DNA of 64,000 bases from Lepidodermella squamata (lineage: Eukaryota; Animalia; Gastrotricha): contig JBLDXI010000032.1 in assembly GCA_047495785.1 (NCBI GenBank), forward strand, positions 992,001-1,056,000, in the 5' to 3' direction. The position numbers and the translations under genes were made by a program. Positions 1-11,200 of this stretch are shown piece after piece. Under the pieces are notes generated by a model. The model ran no database searches and had not been told where the DNA came from. It worked only from the letters and a program-made list of their open reading frames with translations. Numbering within the stretch: position 1 is the stretch's first letter; each line of letters begins with the position of its first letter.

Positions 1-73
1 TTTAGAGGATCTAAGCTTATACGGCATAGGCTTAAGCTTATACGGGATAAGCGATATTTTCAACTGTCATAGC

Positions 74-345
74 GGCCAAACCGTGAGGGTCACCATCGAT
101 CATCATATATCAATCGATTGCTGTAATCAAGGGCTATCGATTGGTACCAAATCGAAGTCCACGCGGCACATTCAGGGTCAAGTTTTGGCCAAAAACGTGA
201 ATTTTTCGCATTTTTTTTAACTTTGAAGGCAAACATCATATTTCCAAGTGTTACGCGTGGACTTCGATTTGGCACCAATCGATAGCCCTTGATTACAGCA
301 ATCGATTGATATATGATGATCGATGGTGACCCTCACGGTTTGGCC
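74..345. mobile_element. Foldback/MITE-like element with 92-bp inverted arms
   Basis: 74-165 is the reverse complement of 254-345 with one mismatch; 88-nt spacer; GGCC ends; no clear TSD. Confidence 0.8.
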
Positions 346-939
346 ATTGTTTCGGTTAAATACAATGCTCATACCCTAAAGGCTTAAATACCCTATATAT
401 GAGCCATGATCTAGTTTGCAAAGCGCGTGCATTTAATTTTCTCCTAGTTTTCCCGCTCAATCTGACAGCCACATCGTAATGATGACATGCTCGCGAGTAT
501 TAAATATGTGTACACAAAATGACACATCTAAAAAAAATTGGGTCAAATTTTAGTCCAGGTTCCTAATACCGGTCAGGAAATAAGGAAAAATTTTCGCGGT
601 CCTGATAATTCCATGGGTAATTTTCGGACAACAAATAAAATCAACATAGCATATTATTATGATAAATGCAAAGACCTAACAACGATCCGAATCTTCGTCG
701 AAATTATTGAACGTCCATATTACTGAAACAGGAATGGGCTGTGTTAGGATTTTCACTATCAAATCGCTCAACGTACAAATGGTTTGTATAATATTTCCTC
801 CTACATTTTTCTTTCAGCTCGCTCTAATGTTGTTAACTTTGACAACAATGAGAATTTCACGTTATGAGCCGCTGCTGCTTGGCAAAAATTTGAACAACGG
901 TGGTTTTATTCAGAATAATAAAAAAAAACATTTTGTTTC

Positions 940-981
940 AACACTGTTGCAACAACTTGTGGCCCTGAAAAGGGCCGGTTC
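940..981 (-). promoter_or_regulatory. H2B 3' histone stem-loop (961-976) plus downstream element
   Basis: Minus strand reads GAACC-GGCCCTTTTCAGGGCC-ACAAGTTGTTGCAACAGTGTT; AATAAA further downstream at 910-905. Confidence 0.95.
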
Positions 982-1021
982 GGATTCAGAAGACGATGTT
1001 GTGGTCCTTGAAGTAGACAGC

Positions 1022-1396
1022 TTATTTCGAGCTGGTGTACTTGGTGACGGCCTTGGTGCCTTCCGAGACGGCGTGCTTAGCGAGCTCACCAGGCAGCAGG
1101 AGACGAACAGCCGTTTGTACCTCTCGACTGCTTATGGTGGCCTTCTTGTTGTAATGAGCCAGGCGCGACGACTCGAGGGCGATGCGCTCGAAAATGTCGT
1201 TGACGAACGAGTTCATGATGGCCATAGCCTTGCCGGAGATGCCGGTGTCAGGGTGAACCTGCTTCAACACCTTGTAGATGTAGATGTTGTACGACTCGCG
1301 GCGGCGATGACGCTTTTTCTTCTCACCAGCGGTCTTAGGCTTCGCGGCCTTCTTTGAACCCTTCGAAGCAACTTTACCAGTGACTTTTGGCGACAT
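1022..1396 (-). CDS. H2B: Histone H2B, intronless, replication-dependent type (124 aa)
   Basis: [21 protein letters not shown]...[26 protein letters not shown]; followed by a stem-loop. Confidence 0.99.
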   Translation of the reverse strand: MSPKVTGKVASKGSKKAAKPKTAGEKKKRHRRRESYNIYIYKVLKQVHPDTGISGKAMAIMNSFVNDIFERIALESSRLAHYNKKATISSREVQTAVRLLLPGELAKHAVSEGTKAVTKYTSSK

Positions 1397-1771
1397 TATC
1401 GATGATGATTGATTTTAGCGAGGTGAAAATGCGTGTATTTACTAGCTTTTCCGAACAGTGTTTGTGAAAAACGTGAAACATTATACGTTGCAAGTGGCAT
1501 TAGTGCGGCAGAATTAACGCGCGCACGTTTGTTTGTTTTTATTACATCCGGCGCGCGCATTATCAACCAATCATAAACGCGCATAATTGTAGTGCGCGCG
1601 TGCCTAGATTGTTTATTGGCTGTTAATGTCGTAAACAATAAATTTGAATTTCTCATCTCTCGCTAATGCCAGCACGTGGTATTTGAACGAAATTTTTCAC
1701 TTTTTTTCTTGTTCGTGCTCTGTAAGAAATTTGAATTTTCCTACTTTCGCTTATCAACATCATCATCAACA
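1397..1771. promoter_or_regulatory. Bidirectional H2B/H2A promoter
   Basis: 375-bp divergent spacer with CCAAT (~1567), ATTGG (~1615) and several GCGCGC motifs. Confidence 0.6.
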
Positions 1772-2215
1772 ATGTCTGCTCCAGCTGCTGGTCGTGGTAA
1801 GGGTGGCAAGGCTAACCGCCAGAAGTCAAAGACCAAGTCATCTCGCGCCGGTCTTCAATTCCCGGTCGGTCGTATCACTCGTCTTTTGAAGCGCGGTAAC
1901 TACGCCGAGCGTGTCGGCGCGGGTGCACCTGTGTACCTCGCCGCCGTCATGGAGTACCTGGCTGCTGAAGTGCTCGAGTTGGCCGGCAACGCCGCTCGTG
2001 ACAACAAGAAGACCCGCATCGTGCCTCGCCACATCCAGCTGGCGATCCGCAACGACGAGGAGTTGAACAGGCTGCTGTCGCACGTTACGATTGCTCAAGG
2101 CGGTGTTCTGCCCAACATCCAGACCGTCCTGCTGCCCAAGAAAACGGCCGATGCACCCGCTGCTAAGCCGGCTTCTGGTGGCAAGAAGAAGGCCGCTGCT
2201 AGCCAATCGCAATAA
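1772..2215 (+). CDS. H2A: Histone H2A with H2A.X-like extended tail (147 aa)
   Basis: ATG at 1772; [12 protein letters not shown]...[23 protein letters not shown]; tail ...[16 protein letters not shown]. Confidence 0.98.
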   Translation: MSAPAAGRGKGGKANRQKSKTKSSRAGLQFPVGRITRLLKRGNYAERVGAGAPVYLAAVMEYLAAEVLELAGNAARDNKKTRIVPRHIQLAIRNDEELNRLLSHVTIAQGGVLPNIQTVLLPKKTADAPAAKPASGGKKKAAASQSQ

Positions 2216-2250
2216 ACGATCATTTCCATCTGCAGCTTTTCAATAAGCAT

Positions 2251-2292
2251 GAACCGGCCCTTTTCAGGGCCACAAGTTGTTGCAACAGTGTT
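2251..2292 (+). promoter_or_regulatory. H2A 3' histone stem-loop (2256-2271) plus downstream element
   Basis: Identical over 42 nt to the H2B element; AATAAA at 2320-2325. Confidence 0.95.
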
Positions 2293-2789
2293 AATTTTCA
2301 GAATACAAGAAGTATGAATAATAAAGTAGTATCATGATGATTTCCTGATTAGGAAGAAGGAAGTCGAAAAATCCGAGTTAAATTAAAAATATGATAATAT
2401 ATCGGTTTGTGTTCGAACTTGGAATTGCAGCATTAAATGTAGCTCTGGTAAGGGTGATTAAATTTCTCTACATGCTGCCAGCCATGTCGAATCGATTGTC
2501 GCATTTAGATACTTCTGCGCCTAGAAAATTCTTTGCATTGTTTTTTCTGTGAAAAAGCAGGTGCGCATTCACTTTGCGCAAAACGCAAAACCCGATTTTC
2601 ATTTGATTGCAAGAAAAAATTTAGTGCGAGACTCAGCGTGCCTCTCGAACGAATTTTTTATTTCTATTTTATTTTAAATTTTAAATTCTTTTTAATGAAT
2701 ATTTGTAAAACACTTTTATACCTGATCCAGAGAAATCGGTCTAAAATTATTGCCAATTTCCACTCACAAGTATTACATTATTTCTACAT

Positions 2790-3125
2790 TTCTACGAAAG
2801 CTGCATTGAAGATATCAACAAAACAAGGAAGCTGAAAAAGATAACCGTCCTGGGGTTATTTTTCGGATCTCGCGCCTCGATTTGCAAGCCGGCAGTGGAC
2901 GCATTGCGCAATTTAGGAATCGGCAAACCGACCATCCATCGAATCCTATCGGAAATAGCCTATCGCAGCAGCAAGATTATCAATTCTTTCCTCTACGAAC
3001 CTGTTAAATGAAAAAATCCTAAACCTTAAAACACATATCCAAAGAAATTCTAGTTACTCCAGTGTCGTTATGGCAACTGTTATTTATAAATAACAGCGGG
3101 TTTTTGTTGTTTATAACAATAAAAT
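2790..3125 (+). mobile_element. 5'-truncated 3' end of an RLE-type (R2/NeSL/Utopia-like) non-LTR retrotransposon
   Basis: 2790-3011 translates FYESCIEDINKTRKLKKITVLGLFFGSRASICKPAVDALRNLGIGKPTIHRILSEIAYRSSKIINSFLYEPVK*, resembling the RLE C-terminal 'YE..I....V.GL..GARG' pattern; followed by a 20-bp palindrome (3077-3096) and AATAAA (~3118). Confidence 0.65.
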
Positions 3126-3394
3126 ATATTTTGAAAAAATATCACAACCTAAATATCCGCTGACGACAAAATAAATTCGGCTAATAGGTATCACCAATAA
3201 TTATTGAGTGGTAAGAAATTAACTTCTTTTCATAATTGTTATTGATGAGAACGCGACAAAAAGACACCAAGTTTGAGGATCAATAAACTTTTATTGATGC
3301 GTGACGCGTGATAAAAATAACTCATTTCGGAATAATTAGTCAGGGTAATTAACAACCGATTTTCAAGTAATAATTGATGACTTTTTACAAAAAT

Positions 3395-4316
3395 TCACAC
3401 ATAGGTAATAGGTTGAAGTGACTTGCGAGCCATACTGAACATAGATTGGCCGCTGAACAAAGGCGAAACAGGACGAGAATTAGTGATGCTAATTTCAGGC
3501 TGTTGCTGCTCGCTCAACGAAGAATTCGATGTGTTGACACTTGATCGGGTGAGGCGCGGCTGCTGAGCAGGCGATGATGACGACTTGGCGTTGTTCATAA
3601 TAGCGCCGAAAATGCTAGAAGCAGCGCGGCCTTCAGATGTGAACATGATCGAACGACGGCCGGGCGCGTTGCGGCGAAAAAACGGCGAGGCAGCGGCCGA
3701 GTCGAACGAGGCGAAACTTGACGAGGCGATTTTTGACGCGGTCGTCGCAGCCGAGGCATCGAAATTGACACGGCCCGAGTCAGACGAAGCCGGCGGAAGC
3801 GGCGGGCGCGAAGTTGGCAAGCGCATTGATCGGCGGTGATCAGGTCGAATTTTAGGCATCATCTACAAAAAATAATAAAAAAAAACATTAATAAATCGAA
3901 AAAAAGAATTTTTAAGGTAGATTTTTCAAAAATTCCCAAAATTCTTCAAAATTGAAAATATTACTCACCGAGTCAATATCTGAGTCAAGTTGAGCGAATC
4001 GATCTTCCACGCTTGGCTGGATGTTGTTAACCGCAAGCGCGGATGAGTAGGCGATTTCACCGGTGATTTGAATCGGCGGTAGGGTGGATGCAGCGGTTCC
4101 GGTTGATGGCGTAGCGGCGGCGGCGGCTTTGAACAGCCCGCTCATTGTCGAAACAACACTTGATGCCGCTGAAGATATCGCACCGTGAGCCGCTTCGAAA
4201 TCGGCCGGTGCAATGGTGAGCATTTGCTGAAAGGCGCCGATGGACACGCGCCGCTTGCTGGCACCGCTCTGGTTGACTGAGCAGTTCGAACCAACGCTCG
4301 GTAGGACCATCATCAT
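3395..4316 (-). CDS. Two-exon orphan, Ser/Ala-rich protein (~271 aa); exons 4316-3969 and 3862-3395
   Basis: Two GC-rich ORFs joined in phase 0 by a GTGAG...TTGTAG intron (3968-3863); no family recognised. Confidence 0.75.
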
Positions 4317-5026
4317 GATGTATAGAAGTTGTAGTTGAAGTTGAAAAATTCAAGAAATCGTAATTCGCAGAAATGATACCGATTATGTGATTCGGGTTGG
4401 TTTATATTCGGCCGCGATTACGATCGACACGCCCAGGTGGACGTGTAAACAACATAATATTAACTCCATTGTCTAGTTCTCGATAACCGATACATGTCTC
4501 TCTTGTAACAAAGTATCGCGTCTGCGCCAACGAGATTTCAGGCTCATCAAGTGGGCGCATACGCGATTAGGCGCTAACTGGATTAATTCGAAGGTGGATG
4601 ATGTGCGCGCACTCGCACTCGCTCTCACTCTCACCCACTCTCGCGCACGCACTGGTGTCGGAGAGGCGCTAATAAATTCGAGGCGCAAACATGCCATCGA
4701 TGATGGTGATGCGCGATACCTGAATAACAGACACGCCACCGGATGTGTCATGACGGTTGTATGCTAAACGCAAAAATGTCGAGATTTATCGCTCATGAAG
4801 TCGATAATTTATAACTTGAGGCTATAATTGATAAAACGTAGAATCGCTTTATTAAACTCTCAATTTTCTTAGTACATTTTGAAAATTCGAAGTGAAAAAT
4901 ATAACAGAAATAACAAATAGGGATTTTGGCTATTCCATCGACAATTTTCCATAAGCGCGCTATCTCGGGAAGAGAACGGACTTTGTCCTTTCGAATAGGA
5001 TCAGCTACTTGACTTGAGGGGTGTTC

Positions 5027-5347
5027 TCAAAGTGTCGGTATGCGGTGCGGAATACCGCGTTGAAAGAACGTCCCAGCCGCGTTTTGACTACTCACAGTTT
5101 CAGTGGCGCGTTTGAAGCACTTCTGGACACAGTAACGCAGCGGGTCCGTATTGGCCGGTACCGACTGCTTGCAGTCATCCATGCACATTTTTATCGTCGA
5201 TGCTTGTTGTGACCTATAACAGAAAGTTTATAAAATTGCGGCAATTTTTGCTGAAATCACTCACTGGAACCGCGGGATTCCAACGGCCTCAGAGAGAGTG
5301 TAGCATATCGCCAAAACAGCGAAGGCTAAGATTACTTGTTTAGACAT
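5027..5347 (-). CDS. Small secreted Cys-containing peptide precursor (89 aa); exons 5347-5265 and 5213-5027
   Basis: Spliced across a 51-nt GTGAG...TATAG intron: MSKQVILAFAVLAICYTLSEA-VGIPRFQSQQASTIKMCMDDCKQSVPANTDPLRYCVQKCFKRATETVSSQNAAGTFFQRGIPHRIPTL*; not in the ORF track. Confidence 0.75.
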
Positions 5348-6392
5348 GACCAAATTTATATAATACCTACTCAAATAAAATCGGGAACAGTAAAAAAAAA
5401 TCGAAAATCGAGCATGGGTTTTTGCATTTCCTTAGGCGTGTCATCTAGGGCGTGGTATTTTGTCCTAATTGAATCAGGCGACATTTTTATGTCTCAACCA
5501 CGACGGGGGTGATAGATTCAATTATTTAATGACCGTGGCGACTAAAAAATTCGCGATAATTCTCGTCATTTTTGGCCCCATATATAAGAATTGAGATGCC
5601 AAAGCGGCCGGAAACATCAATATAATGAAGCGATCTATTGTTCTCGACGCATACTACGAGCCTATGCGCATTCAACCCATTACCCACGTATCCTTCCGTT
5701 TCGTCCTCTGTGACAGCTGAAGAAAGAAATGCGACTCGGAAAACTCATAGAGCATGTTCTGAAAATTAGCGAATTTGTAGAAAATTATATAGAACGGCTA
5801 TTGGTGATTCAGACCGGCGTAGGCAAGTAAATTCGCCCAAATTGCTGCGTAATGAGTTCGGCAGAATTGTCTACACCCTGTACTGGTAACTAAGGAAATG
5901 CTCTGAAAAATAACATTTTTGGCGAGGAAAACAGTTTTTTGTAATCGATATATATTTTTATAACAAGAATCGAGTTCAAAAACTACTCAATGACAATAAT
6001 TTTCTGAATAATATTCCTTTATTGCTTTCTGGAACATTTGTACCACTACAATTCAAGAGTTCGATTCCCTCGAGGCAATGTGATGTTTGCTTCCGACTCG
6101 AAAGACGGGGCGGAAGTGCGGAGCAAGAACTCCGCCGTCATCCATCGACCGCAAACGGCCCCTCGAGGCAAAACCGGGATTAAACCCACCTGATGGAGTA
6201 AGCAGGAGCAGAAATCAATTGTGAATCTATTTCCGAGTTTCGGGGATCAACCATAGTAGCAAAAATACACTCATTTTTATGATAGATTTCCGTCATCTTT
6301 ATTCTTTCTTTCTTTCCAGCTTTGTGCCAATAATCAATCACCTTTATACAATCACTTTAACAGCTCCTCCTTAAAACAAAATTGTTTTCTTT

Positions 6393-7815
6393 CTACGCAG
6401 CAATAGCCTTGCCCTTGGTGTCCTGCTCGATGAGCTTGTTCTGGCCCTCGATCCAGCTCTTGAGCTCGCGGGCGTTCAAGCCCTCGGCGTGGTGTTCCCA
6501 GGCCTTGAGCGGGCCGCGGCGGGCAATGTATTTGACGGAGACACCGTCGGGGCGGATGCGGTCGGTGGCGAGCATCTCGCTGTAGACGGACGGCGTGAAG
6601 TTGGTGAAGCCGTGGTTGCGGCTAACAACGATCTTCTGCTGGCCCGGGAACTTGAACTTGGAACGGCGGAAAGCCTCCAACACAGTCTGGCGGTGCTGCT
6701 CCTTCACGCGGACCGACATCAAGATCTGAAAAATATTAAAAAAATTCGTCAAAAAAGATTGAAAATGATAAAAAATCACGAAGAAAAATCTATAATTATA
6801 ATTTAGGTTTCCAGCTTAAATTTCAGGCTCAATCACCAAATTTCCCAAAATATAGTTTGTCGAGTTTCTTACATTATCATGGCTAACTAACAAATCTCAC
6901 TATTATAGGTATTTTGTCGATTTACGAGTTGATAATCATTTACGAGCCGATATCGATTTCTTTTATCGATTTTACAAATCAGTGATTTTTCCAATATCGG
7001 CAGTCTAAAAAGCCAACGAAGAAATTTTTCATACATATCAGGGGTACCAGGTAGCTAAAATGGAAAACCCCAGGTTTAGAGGGTGCATCATTATCGAAAA
7101 ATAATTGAAAGTCATAATCGAAAGAAAAATCAGCGCTGGAACCTCAGAATTATAAAAATTAAGGTGAAACGCTCACATTAAACTTTTCAGTATAGCACTG
7201 AAATTCTTTGAAATTCAAGTTTAGAATTCGCTATAGAGTTGGTTTAAAACTGAAAATCACGGTCGATCAATTGAAAATTTTGAATGAGTTTGTCAAGACA
7301 CGGTGGATTTCATTAATCGAAATTTAGAAATGTACGATAATTTGATCCACAAAAATACAACTCAATTTTGATATTATCTGAAATATTGGAAAAACTTGAA
7401 CAAATATTAAATTTACCTGGTTAATTCTAACACGAGCGCAAGTGCCTTGGGGCTTGCCGTACGCACCACGCATACCGGTTTGCAGACGATCGGCGCCTGC
7501 ACACGACAACATCTTGTTGATGCGGATGACGTGGTACGGGTGGACACGCACGCGCAAGTGGAAAGCGTCCTTGCCGGCCATCTTGACCAGGTACTTGTTG
7601 GCGCAGATACGCGCCGCCTCGAGCGCCTCCGAAGACAGCTGCTCGCGCTCCAGCGAAATCATGTGCACGCATAAGGGGAATTCGTCAACGCCCGCCCTCT
7701 TGCGGCCCAGATCGTAGATGCGGATCTTCGGGTCGGGGACACCACGGTTGTAGCGCGACTTCGGGTACGGCTTGTTCTTGCAGTAGCGGTAGCAGCGAGC
7801 TGGACGGCGACCCAT
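6393..7815 (-). CDS. RPL10: 60S ribosomal protein L10 (uL16), 243 aa; exons 7815-7417 and 6725-6393
   Basis: [21 protein letters not shown]...[26 protein letters not shown]; second exon has [10 protein letters not shown]; 691-nt phase-0 intron. Confidence 0.99.
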
Positions 7816-8206
7816 TTCGAAGTTTTTCTAATTTACTTAAAAAAACAGGGGAACCTAGAAAAAAAACACAGAAATTACCATCAATATTGTTATATTATTG
7901 AAAATCATTGTTTTAAGCCACAAGAAATCATCATTCGATAAAAATGAGCAAGTACATAGCATGTAAAAATCGATTCGTAAAAAACTCTTGAATAAAGGAG
8001 GATCGATTTTTAAACGTGCGCTCATTTTCAAACAGATAATTATATTAAAAGAGAGCTTCATGTGAAATTTAAAAAATTAAGGAGGACTTTTTGAAAGCAT
8101 CTCTTAAAATATAAAAATCATCGCATTCACCGATCATCATTAGATAAATATTTAAGAAAAATAGCAAGCTCGACAAAAAAGTTATATCGCAAGTTTTTCG
8201 GTTAAA

Positions 8207-11200
8207 TTAACAGCTGTAAGCGCGAAATTCATTATTTAGACGTTCGATTGAAACGCTGAACGGGACCGTCGTGTCTTGGACAATATTAACCAGGGCTGAA
8301 ATTAACGTGGCGTAGCTCGAATATTCGCGATCGGTCTTCAACTGCGCCATACTCTCACACATTTGCCTCGCATTTGACTGCGACGAATTTTTCGAAATTT
8401 TGGACACGCAGTCAGGGTACTGCCTGGCCAATAACGACGCCGCGCCTCGAACAAAAACGTGGAACCACGGTGGGAGGGGTGATTTATTGCCGAGACCAAT
8501 GGCGCCTAGAATACCACGGGATGACCTGACCTCACCGAGTCGAACCAAAATCGAAACAAGGGTGGTTAATCGAGAGACAAAGGCCAAATCAAGGGCGAGG
8601 CTGTTGTAACCAGCCCCCTGTTCGATACCATGTTGGGCTAGGTATACCTCGGTTTCGACCAGTTGAGTCAACCAGAGTTTCCACAAGCCATATAGCCGAT
8701 TTTCATCGCCGTTTTTCGGCGATTCGCAGCATTTGACCAATATATCCGCGAATGTGAATAAGGTGGATTTTCTCAGCTCGAAGTTATTTTCGGTTATAGC
8801 AGCCGCGAAAGCTCGTCTCGCCAGGGCTTGAACGACCAGGTAGCAATCGTTGGTCGCACCCACAGCGCCGAGAAGAACCAACTCGTCCAAAGCTGTTTGT
8901 TTCGCAGAGCCATTCGGAACATTTGAAACACCCGAAATTTGAACGTTACTGCTAGAATTATAGCTAATTATCGCATCTGGAGCTGTTGGGACGATGGGTA
9001 TGGTCGAGGGCTGGCAGGACGTGAAAGTTATCAAAGTTTGCGCGGTTTCCCACGAAAAACTCGGCGAAAATTGACGGTAAGCCTTCAACAAAGTTTCAGC
9101 CAGCTTAATCGCGACAATTGCCGCGGTAACCGATCGACAAGTTGCTGATAACCAGTAGACAACAAATGACTTATTACTCGATTTTCCGGTGAAAAACTCG
9201 AAATAAGCTGGCAGGAGACGGTTCGCGTAGGCCACGCTTTGATTCAACGGCTGAAGACCGGTGGAGCAAACTCGGTTTGCGATGAAATTTACAGCGTTCG
9301 AATTGGCTGAAGCCGTCAAAATGATTTCACAGCGACTAAGCGAGGCAGAAATCACTCGACTAATCGAATTTTCAACATGCTGTTGCTGCTTTTTGTTAGG
9401 AATCTCGCCGCTCAAGCAATCGTATAGCAGCATACCAATCATTTTGATGAATTCGATGGATCGGAATAGCGAGGCTTCTGTTAAGGCGGATTGGTTGTTG
9501 AAGCCGCCTGAGATAGTTTCCAGGTACAACAAACAGTCTCGGAGTGACTGGATCGACTGCGCATCTTCCGAACCAGCCCAGGCGAACACGACTTGAGGCG
9601 GCAAGGGTCGGCCATTTTGGTCGCGAACGTCGATGCAAAGCTGCGAATAGACTTCATTAGGCAGCATTTCCAAATCGAGTTGTTTGATGTTTTCGATGAA
9701 ACACCCGGCAACCAGGTCGCCCAGAGGGCTGGTTTTCGGGTAGCGGACTACGGCGGAATAACCCATTCGGACCAGGGAGGAAATCAGGAGAATTTGCGAG
9801 TTTTTCTCCCCGAAATTCGAGGAGACCGACTTCCAATCAACCGAACAAACCACACCGGTCCAAAATGAGGAAATTCCATCGCGGTTACTCAGCATTTCGA
9901 GAATTTCGATTTCGCCCTGGTTTTCCGGCCAATACGACGCCCATTGGAGCCGGCCGAAACATGCGTGGATCTCTTTAGCGTACGATTGATTCGCAGCAGC
10001 CGGGTCGAGAATTTGCTCCAGATACGTCGCGATCAACCGAGAGAACAAATTGCTCGTATTAGCGAATCGAATTTCGGTACTAGCCTTCTGTAGATGAAGA
10101 AGACAGTCGCCAAACGCGGTGAAACATGGCCGCAAGTCGACGATTATCGCCTGGTTAACCGGGGGTAGGACCAGCGACCCGAAAACGTCGAGAAGTAGCC
10201 GATACATGTCGAAGGAAGAAGTCGCGGCAGTTGTTACCCGAGCGACCAGAACCGCACGGTCAACGCCTAGGCAGTACAAACGCGAGGCGATAAGAGCTAG
10301 GGGGTACAGGGCTGCTTTTAAGGCGGGTGAATTTTCGAGTTTTTCACGTGACTTTGCGAAAATTTCGCCGAGATACCGCAGTTCTTGATCGACAATTTGC
10401 AGACTGAGCGGGCCGTCAACCGACAACATGGGGCAATTAGGCTCGCTGCTACCCAAAATCGTGACGAGGAGACCGTTCCAAATCGCGGGTGGCAAAACGC
10501 AGGCGGGGTAGGCATCGGTTACTTGCATTAGTTGCTCAAGGCTTTGGTGCAGTAATTCAGGAAAATTGAAGCTTAAACAAGCCAGCAATGAGCTTTGAAG
10601 GCTATCGATTAGGAAGTGCGATGCGAAATCGGGTTGGAGCAACGAATTCACGATACACCTTAACAAAGCCCCGAGGAGTTGGGTACGCTGCGAGACCGTC
10701 AATTCCGAAATCAAATTCTTCATCTCGAATTTCGAGAGGAGGGTAAACGCGAAGTCGGGTGAAGTCCGTTGAGTCGCGATTGCGTTAGCGATCGTCTCCA
10801 TTAGCCCAGGCGCGGCCGAGAAGTGGGGCATGAAATCGCTGGCCATTAACTTTCGGACATAATCTGACCTCACGTTGTTCAAAATCGACTCGAGTAGACA
10901 CCCTCGACCCGCTTTTTGCTGATCTTCACACGATCGAATGAACGCCTGGCCCAACATTTCGAGGCACTGCGAGAGGAACCGGTCCCAGGCTGTCCCCCAA
11001 ATCGCAGGGTTGTTATCGAGAAAAGTCGCCACGGTATAGTACAGACTTCGACCGGTATCGTCCGCCTTATCAGTGCCAACTACCTTAGAAATCAGGGTCT
11101 CCAGCCGAATCGCAGCCACCGCGATTTGAACCGGCGATTGAGACGAAATCGGCGAAATTAGCGAACATAATGCGTACAAAGCTGATTGAGCTTGACCAGC

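Noticed and set aside
707-1357. 216-aa plus-strand ORF, and similar long antisense ORFs over H2A, RPL10, Lgl, CFAP91 and CTR9
   Set aside because: Shadow frames of GC3-rich real genes on the opposite strand
3064-3077. X-box-like GTCGTTATGGCAAC
   Set aside because: Lies in the presumed retrotransposon 3' UTR with no ciliary gene start nearby
4605-4652. (GCACTC/CTCACT)n short tandem run upstream of the orphan gene
   Set aside because: Short degenerate microsatellite; a GAGA-like role cannot be supported
6058-6070. tRNA T-loop-like GTTCGATTCCC
   Set aside because: No A-box or cloverleaf upstream, so not a tRNA
6726-7416. Possible snoRNA in the long RPL10 intron
   Set aside because: Only imperfect C/D boxes with no terminal stem; no clear H/ACA fold
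8077-8086. TAAGGAGG resembling a Shine-Dalgarno sequence
   Set aside because: Spliceosomal eukaryotic context and not positioned before start codons; treated as part of the dispersed motif
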